Assembly: GCA_051251995.1 (NCBI GenBank) | Contig: JBPOFF010000001.1 | Span: 355,190-419,189 of the forward strand | DNA: 64,000 nt | Reading direction: 5' to 3' | Source of the DNA: Sulfitobacter sp. | GTDB lineage: Bacteria > Pseudomonadota > Alphaproteobacteria > Rhodobacterales > Rhodobacteraceae | Shown: positions 58,130 through 64,000 of the stretch, in pieces | How positions within the stretch are numbered: the stretch's first letter is position 1 | How the letters are laid out: every line of letters begins with the position of its first letter | Position numbers and translations under genes: made by a program | Notes under the pieces: model-generated | Database searches by the model: none | Told to the model about the DNA's origin: nothing | Seen by the model: only the letters and a program-made list of their open reading frames with translations

Positions 58130-58663
58130 ATGCTGTTAAAACGTCGCAATCTGCCCTTTACTGCGGTCATTGCCGTGTTGATCTATGTCATTGTCGCCCC
58201 CAAGGAACAGCAGATGGATGTGTTTCTGACCGGCTATAGCTATTGGGATAACACGCCGCGTGCCTCTGCGGCGATTGCCCGCCCGGTGGTACATACTCAG
58301 GCGGCAGGCACGGGCACCTATGACGACCCCGTCACCCTTGCCGTGGGCCATTCGATCTACTTTGATCACTCGTTCATGGATTTCCCAACCGGCACCCGGT
58401 TTTACATCCCAAGGCTGCGGAAATACGCCATCGTTGAAGACCTCTGTGGCGATGGCAAAAAACCGCAACACGGCCCCTGTCATAGCGGCTGGGAAGGCTA
58501 TCCTTGGCTTGATATCTACGTTGATGGCAGTGAGGCGGGCAATCAGGTCGCCAATGATTGCATGGCCAAGATCACCGGTGTGCAGCCTGTCATTGTGCGC
58601 CCAAAAGCCAAATACCGGGTGATTGCCGGCCCCATCACCGAAGGCGGTTGCGAGGTCTTTTAA
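58130..58663 (+). CDS. Membrane-anchored 3D/double-psi-barrel-like protein
   Basis: N-terminal hydrophobic anchor; TGY, P.GTRFYIP, IVEDLC, WLDIYV resemble the 3D-domain pattern; four Cys. Confidence 0.65.
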   Translation: MLLKRRNLPFTAVIAVLIYVIVAPKEQQMDVFLTGYSYWDNTPRASAAIARPVVHTQAAGTGTYDDPVTLAVGHSIYFDHSFMDFPTGTRFYIPRLRKYAIVEDLCGDGKKPQHGPCHSGWEGYPWLDIYVDGSEAGNQVANDCMAKITGVQPVIVRPKAKYRVIAGPITEGGCEVF

Positions 58664-60039
58664 GGTACTTTGGACTTTGGGTTGCCCAATTCAAGCGCCT
58701 TGATCGTCACGCCCCAGAACCGCGCGTTCAGCAACACAGCGGCCACACCAAGCCCGATCACCAGCCCGGTCCAAACACCAACCCCGCCAAACCCATAGAT
58801 AAAGCCCAGCACATAAGAACAGGGCACACCAATCATCCAATAGCTGATCGCGGCCAGCACCATAGGTACTTTGGTGTCTTGCACCCCGCGCAACAGGCCC
58901 AGCGCGATCACCTGCGCCCCGTCAACCAATTGAAACAAGGCGGCCATCGCCAACAGACCCACACCAACGGCCATGATATCAACACGCGCCGGTTCATCGC
59001 GCTGCATGAACTGGGAAATCAACGGTTCAGGCCAGCCGACAAAAACGATGATCGTAAACGCAGCAAACCCCAGCGACAGGGCCAGCGCAATAACCGCACC
59101 CCGCGCCATATGCGGGCGGTCACGACGGCCATAGGCATTGCCCGCACGAATGGTGGCAACATTGCTGATCCCCAGATGCACCATAAAGGTGATCGAGGCG
59201 AGCTGCATCACGATGCCATGTGCCGCCAGTGGGATGGTGCCCAGCCACCCCATCATCACAGCAGAGGCCGCAAAAAGACCAACTTCGCTCAGGATCGTCA
59301 CACCAATTGGCAGGCCCAGTTTGAACACTTTGATCAACATCTGGGAATCGCCGCGCCACATGCGGACAAACAAACTGTGATGTGGCATTACCCACAACAC
59401 ATAGATCACCACCCCCGCCAGTGATACAAATTGCGTGGTGACCGATGCCAGCGCCGCCCCGACAACCCCCAGTTCAGGCGCGCCCCAATTACCAAAAATC
59501 AGGGCATAGTTGGCCAAGCCATTGATCAGCGCCGCCAGCAAGGTGATCCAGAGCACAACTTGTGTCCGTTCCAACGCTGCCAGATAGGATTTTAACACCA
59601 TCACAAAAAGTGCAGGTATCATGCCCCAACCTGCCACAGCCAGATACCGCCCCGCCGTCGCCGAAACCGCATCGCTTTGCCCCAAAAGCTGCATGATTGG
59701 TTCTGCAAAGATCATGGCGGGCATGGCGATCACGCCAAATGCCAATGACAGCCAAAGCGCCATCCGGGTGGAGCGGCGAATACCAACCTCGTCGCCCTCA
59801 GCCACATAAGATGCCACCATCGGCATTACCGCCAAGGCAAAGCCGGAGCCAAAGATGAACAATACAAAGAAATACGTGCTGGCCAGTGTCACCGCCGCCA
59901 AGGCCTCAACCGAATACCACCCCAGCATCACAGTATCCGTGACGCCAATGGCCATCTGCCCCAAGTGGCCGCCCACCAGTGGCAGCCCCAATGTAAGGAT
60001 CGCGCGGACGTGGCCACCATATGTCATCTGCTGTGTCAT
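58660..60039 (-). CDS. MATE family efflux transporter
   Basis: D.VMLGW, LG.P, QL.DG.Q....G.LRG..DT..P. Confidence 0.95.
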   Translation of the reverse strand: MTQQMTYGGHVRAILTLGLPLVGGHLGQMAIGVTDTVMLGWYSVEALAAVTLASTYFFVLFIFGSGFALAVMPMVASYVAEGDEVGIRRSTRMALWLSLAFGVIAMPAMIFAEPIMQLLGQSDAVSATAGRYLAVAGWGMIPALFVMVLKSYLAALERTQVVLWITLLAALINGLANYALIFGNWGAPELGVVGAALASVTTQFVSLAGVVIYVLWVMPHHSLFVRMWRGDSQMLIKVFKLGLPIGVTILSEVGLFAASAVMMGWLGTIPLAAHGIVMQLASITFMVHLGISNVATIRAGNAYGRRDRPHMARGAVIALALSLGFAAFTIIVFVGWPEPLISQFMQRDEPARVDIMAVGVGLLAMAALFQLVDGAQVIALGLLRGVQDTKVPMVLAAISYWMIGVPCSYVLGFIYGFGGVGVWTGLVIGLGVAAVLLNARFWGVTIKALELGNPKSKVP

Positions 60040-60181
60040 CCCCCAGCCTTACGCCTGCATGCGGATAAGGGAAAGGGTGGCGGGGTGACTTTTCACTGCC
60101 GCAGTACGGTCAGCATTTTCGCGCTTGCCCAATGAAATTGTTGCCCGCACAATCGACGCACCAGAAGCCTTTGGAGGAACT

Positions 60182-61324
60182 ATGACGCACCCCAACCGCA
60201 TCGACCTGATCCGCCCCGACGCGCCATTTCTGGCACAGGCTGGACCGCATCCTATCGGCGTCCAATCCCATAGCTTTGATTTGATGCCTTTCTCAGGCTT
60301 GCCAGCACGTCAGCTAAAGGTTGAAATCTGGTATCCTGCCGCATCCGGCACCCTGCCCGGCACCACCTATCAGGCCCTTGGGCGTGATGGTGTTACACCT
60401 GTACAATATACCGGTGGCGCTTGCCGGGACGCGGAAACCGCCAATGGGGTGCAGGCACCACTTGTTGTGTTATCACATGGCTATCCGGGTGATCGTTTCT
60501 TGATGTCACATCTCGCAGAAAGCCTTGCTGCCAAAGGTTATATCGTCGCGGCACCGGATCATCCGGGCAGCACCTATGATGACCAACAGGCCTTTGGCCA
60601 GACGCTGCTGCACCGCCCATTAGATCAGCGCGCGCTTATTGACGCCATGGCCAGTATAGGTGGGGCTTTGGGTCAGTTGATGGATACATCCAATGTGGGC
60701 GTCATCGGCTATTCCATGGGCGGCTATGGTGCGTTGGTGCTGGCGGGTGCGGGCCTAAGCGAGGCCGCACTGAAGTATGAAAACGCTCCACAAGATGGCA
60801 GCCTCGCCCGACACCGCGCAGGCAGCAAGACGCACCAAGCATTATCTGACCCTCGCATCAAAGCGATCGTACCGATTGGGCCATGGGGCGGCGGCGTTGG
60901 CATGTGGGACGCCCAAGGTTTGGCGGGCCTAAGTGTGCCGATGCTGCTGATGGCTGGCACTGCGGACGAAGTATCAAACTATGACGCAATGCGCGGTATC
61001 TTTGCGGGTGCCACAAGCGTGAACCGGTATTTACTGAGTTTCGCGCATGCGGGACACAACGCCGCCGCCCCAGTACCCGCCCCCCATAACAGCTGGACGG
61101 TTTCACAAACGCTCGGCTGGGCCCCCTTTGCCCATCACGCTGACCCGGTGTGGGACACAAGCCGGATGAACAACATCGCGCAACATTTTGTCGCGGCCTT
61201 CTTTGGGCGCCATCTCAAAGCGGATCAGACAATGGCAGAGTTTATGGACGGCAGCAGCTGGCGCGGGTTTCCCGACCAAACTGCACGCGGTTTGACGCTG
61301 GAGCATCTACCCGCAGGGGCGTGA
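60182..61324 (+). CDS. Alpha/beta hydrolase (PAF-acetylhydrolase/dienelactone hydrolase-like)
   Basis: LVVLSHGYPG.R, GYSMGG, G.AD, A.HN; start MTHPN at 60182. Confidence 0.88.
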   Translation: MTHPNRIDLIRPDAPFLAQAGPHPIGVQSHSFDLMPFSGLPARQLKVEIWYPAASGTLPGTTYQALGRDGVTPVQYTGGACRDAETANGVQAPLVVLSHGYPGDRFLMSHLAESLAAKGYIVAAPDHPGSTYDDQQAFGQTLLHRPLDQRALIDAMASIGGALGQLMDTSNVGVIGYSMGGYGALVLAGAGLSEAALKYENAPQDGSLARHRAGSKTHQALSDPRIKAIVPIGPWGGGVGMWDAQGLAGLSVPMLLMAGTADEVSNYDAMRGIFAGATSVNRYLLSFAHAGHNAAAPVPAPHNSWTVSQTLGWAPFAHHADPVWDTSRMNNIAQHFVAAFFGRHLKADQTMAEFMDGSSWRGFPDQTARGLTLEHLPAGA

Positions 61325-61390
61325 GGAACACTGACCGCGCACATCTGGACCTGCTGGTGCAAGGTATTTAGAAAAGGGTGAATGGGAACA

Positions 61391-61421
61391 GGTTGCGCAA
61401 CCGTAAACGGGTTGCGCAATC
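61391..61421. terminator. Hairpin/tandem palindrome between convergent genes
   Basis: GGTTGCGCAACC and GGTTGCGCAATC 19 bp apart, also foldable as one stem. Confidence 0.5.
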
Positions 61422-61427
61422 GAGATG

Positions 61428-62036
61428 CTATTTATGACCCCAATCATCCGGATCGTCAGAATTGCCGGGGCTGAGCCCAATAACATCGCCTTTGGTGGAA
61501 CATCCCAACCCCAACACCGTGCGGTTTGCATAGGCGAAATAAGCAACGACCTGATTGATCTCGAGGATCTCTCCGTCATCCCACCCCGCGTCACGCAGGG
61601 CACCCACATCGGCCTCTTTCATGTCTGACGGCTTTACGGTCAGCTTATGGGCATAGATCATTGCCGCCTGTTGCGGTCCATTCAGCGGTGCCGCATCAAC
61701 ATCGTTTGCCGCAATCGCCGCCCGAATGGCGTCAGCTTTTTCGTCATCTCGCAACAATCGCTTCATCCCTGCAAAATGATGCTCAAAACAATAGTCGCAG
61801 GAATTCAGCGCAGACACCCAAACGCCCAACACCTCCAAAAACCACTTAGGAATTTCATTGTCCCGGTGGTGCAGCACATATTTATAGATCGCCATGTGCC
61901 CCTCCATCGTATGGGGGCGCAAGGAATGCATCATCATGATATTATCGACATTGTCCCCCGGCCCGGTCACCCGCGCGTAAAGCTGTTTCAGTTTGCCGGT
62001 GGCGGCGTCGAAAGGGATGGTTTTGATCCAAGCCAT
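61428..62036 (-). CDS. AhpD/carboxymuconolactone decarboxylase-like peroxidase-related protein
   Basis: VSALNSCDYCFEHH (CxxC), EI.QVVAYF.YANR. Confidence 0.88.
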   Translation of the reverse strand: MAWIKTIPFDAATGKLKQLYARVTGPGDNVDNIMMMHSLRPHTMEGHMAIYKYVLHHRDNEIPKWFLEVLGVWVSALNSCDYCFEHHFAGMKRLLRDDEKADAIRAAIAANDVDAAPLNGPQQAAMIYAHKLTVKPSDMKEADVGALRDAGWDDGEILEINQVVAYFAYANRTVLGLGCSTKGDVIGLSPGNSDDPDDWGHK

Positions 62037-62202
62037 GGGGGTCTCCTTTGGTTTTGCTGAGTTTGAGCGGATTGCGTGGCAATCACAAGATGGCTTGAAC
62101 GACCAATACCCGCGAAAACCTGTGGATTAACCGATCAATGCGATTGCCCCGACGGCCCCGCCCTGTCAAAATACCGCCAACAATAAGAAAGAGCAGCACC
62201 TC

Positions 62203-64000
62203 ATGTCCGATCTTCTCTCCGGGTCCAAACCCAGCGAATACGATGCCTCCTCCATCCAAGTGTTGGAGGATATGGAGCACGTGCGCCTGCGCCCCGGCAT
62301 GTATATCGGCGGCAAGGATGACCGCGCGCTGCATCATATGGTGGCGGAAATCATCGACAACTCGATGGACGAAGCCGTCGCAGGGCATGCGACGTGGATT
62401 GAGCTGGAACTACACGAGAATGGCCATGTCACGGTGCGCGACAACGGGCGCGGTATTCCGACCGACCCGCACCCCAAGGACCCCAGTAAATCGGCGCTAG
62501 AGATTATTTTCTGTACCCTGAATGCGGGTGGTAAATTCTCTGGCGATTCATACGAGACATCCGGTGGCCTGCATGGCGTGGGGTCATCGGTGGTCAACGC
62601 ACTGTCGGACCACCTGCGGGTCGAGGTGGCGCGCAACCGTGAGCTTTACGCGATGGAGTTTTCCCGCGGCATTCCGCAAGGCAAGCTGGAGAAAATCGGC
62701 GCTGCGCCAAACCGCCGTGGCACGGCAGTCACGTTTCACCCGGATGCCGATATCTTTGGCTCACTCAAGCTCAAACCAGCGCGTTTGTTCGCCATGGCCC
62801 GATCCAAGGCCTATCTGTTTTCCGGCGTCGAAATCCGTTGGAAAACGGCGCAGACCGATGGTGACACCCCGCAAGAGGCAACCTTCCATTTCCCCGGCGG
62901 TCTGTCCGACTACCTGAATGAAACGCTGGGGGGATCAACAACCTATGCCGAAACGCCTTTTGGCGGCATGGTGGATTTCAAAGAGAAATTCAACACGCCG
63001 GGCAAAGTCGAATGGGCGATCAACTGGACACCGTCGCGCGATGGCTTCATCCAGTCCTATTGTAACACCATCCCCACCCCCGAAGGCGGCACCCATGAGG
63101 CCGGGTTTTGGGCGGCGATCCTCAAAGGCATCAAGGCTTATGGCGAATTGGTCGGCAACCGCAAGGCCCCGACCATTACGCGTGAAGACCTAATCACTGG
63201 AGGCTGCGCGCTGGTGTCCTGTTTTATTCGCGAACCAGAATTTGTGGGGCAAACCAAAGACCGACTGGCCACTGTCGATGCCCAGCGCATGGTCGAAAAT
63301 GCGGTGCGCGACCACTTTGACAACTGGCTGGCGTCCGATACTAAATCCGCCGGTGCGATCCTTGATTTTCTGGTGCTGCGCGCCGAAGAACGCCTGCGCC
63401 GCCGTCAGGAAAAGGAAACCGCCCGCAAGACGGCGACCAAGAAACTGCGCCTGCCCGGGAAACTGACCGATTGTACCAGCAAAACCCGTGAGGGAACGGA
63501 GCTGTTCATCGTCGAGGGCGATAGTGCGGGCGGTTCCGGCAAGGGTGCGCGCAACCGGGTCAATCAGGCGCTGTTGCCGCTGAAAGGCAAGATTTTGAAC
63601 GTGCTGGGGGCCGCGTCGAACAAGCTGACCACCAATGCTGAAATCAGTGATCTGTGCGAGGCCTTGGGCGTTGGCATGGGGTCTAAGTTCATGCTGGATG
63701 ACCTGCGCTATGACAAGATCATCATCATGACCGACGCGGATGTCGACGGCGCGCATATCGCGTCGCTGCTGATGACGTTCTTTTTCACCCAAATGCGCCC
63801 GATGATTGATGCAGGCCACCTGTATCTGGCATGCCCGCCGCTGTTCCGCCTGACCCAAGGGCCAAAGCGGATCTATTGTCTGGACGAGGCCGAGAAAAAC
63901 GCATGGCTTGAAAAAGGCCTCGGTGGACGTGGCAAGATTGACGTGTCACGGTTCAAAGGTCTGGGTGAGATGGACGCGAAGGACCTCAAAGAAACCACGA
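62203..64000 (+). CDS. parE: DNA topoisomerase IV subunit B, truncated at the right edge
   Basis: Not in the ORF track; from ATG 62203 MSDLLSG...YDASSIQVLE..EHVRLRPGMYIGG, EIIDNSMDE, DNGRGIP, GGLHGVG, IVEGDSAGG, PLKGKILNV, IMTDADVDG. Confidence 0.96.
   Translation, partial: MSDLLSGSKPSEYDASSIQVLEDMEHVRLRPGMYIGGKDDRALHHMVAEIIDNSMDEAVAGHATWIELELHENGHVTVRDNGRGIPTDPHPKDPSKSALEIIFCTLNAGGKFSGDSYETSGGLHGVGSSVVNALSDHLRVEVARNRELYAMEFSRGIPQGKLEKIGAAPNRRGTAVTFHPDADIFGSLKLKPARLFAMARSKAYLFSGVEIRWKTAQTDGDTPQEATFHFPGGLSDYLNETLGGSTTYAETPFGGMVDFKEKFNTPGKVEWAINWTPSRDGFIQSYCNTIPTPEGGTHEAGFWAAILKGIKAYGELVGNRKAPTITREDLITGGCALVSCFIREPEFVGQTKDRLATVDAQRMVENAVRDHFDNWLASDTKSAGAILDFLVLRAEERLRRRQEKETARKTATKKLRLPGKLTDCTSKTREGTELFIVEGDSAGGSGKGARNRVNQALLPLKGKILNVLGAASNKLTTNAEISDLCEALGVGMGSKFMLDDLRYDKIIIMTDADVDGAHIASLLMTFFFTQMRPMIDAGHLYLACPPLFRLTQGPKRIYCLDEAEKNAWLEKGLGGRGKIDVSRFKGLGEMDAKDLKETT

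Noticed and set aside
58558-59424. 288-aa plus-strand ORF
   Set aside because: Antisense shadow of the MATE gene.
62040-62202. Alphaproteobacterial LexA box (GAAC-N7-GAAC) upstream of parE
   Set aside because: No adequate match found by eye.
63190-63858. 222-aa minus-strand ORF (and 62083-62388)
   Set aside because: Antisense to parE, which the ORF track omitted because it has no stop inside the window.

Overview
64-kb window of a Roseobacter-group (Rhodobacterales) chromosome, judged from gene content and order (purA, secG-pyrG, phaZ/phaC/phaP/phaR, thrS, thyX, parE). It is mostly core genome. No rRNA, tRNA, CRISPR array, transposase or prophage gene was recognised. Modules in order: a GntR-controlled DHDPS-family/aldehyde dehydrogenase catabolic operon (truncated at the left edge); a c-di-GMP cluster (degenerate H-NOX plus diguanylate cyclase, and a PleD-like cyclase with a pseudo-receiver); a cobalt-type nitrile hydratase operon; a polar amino-acid ABC transporter with a gamma-glutamylation (Puu-like) cluster; the PHA locus; a four-gene bufferin-type RiPP operon (DUF2282 precursor, DUF692 MNIO, DUF2063, DoxX); an AT-richer orphan gene with a HEPN-like motif between a P450 and thyX; a lipoprotein plus Slam/DUF560-like pair (type XI secretion candidate); and parE (truncated at the right edge). 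Best hidden signals: (1) a hairpin-plus-terminator RNA in the phaP 3' UTR whose loop UUUCCUCCCU is perfectly complementary to the ribosome-binding region of the adjacent repressor gene phaR; (2) a duplicated nitrile hydratase beta start that creates a 12-codon mini-ORF coupling alpha to beta; (3) a promoter-to-terminator sRNA candidate between nthA and secG; (4) the HEPN-like orphan flanked by a multi-hairpin REP-like element. All family assignments come from motif recognition by eye; no database search was run.
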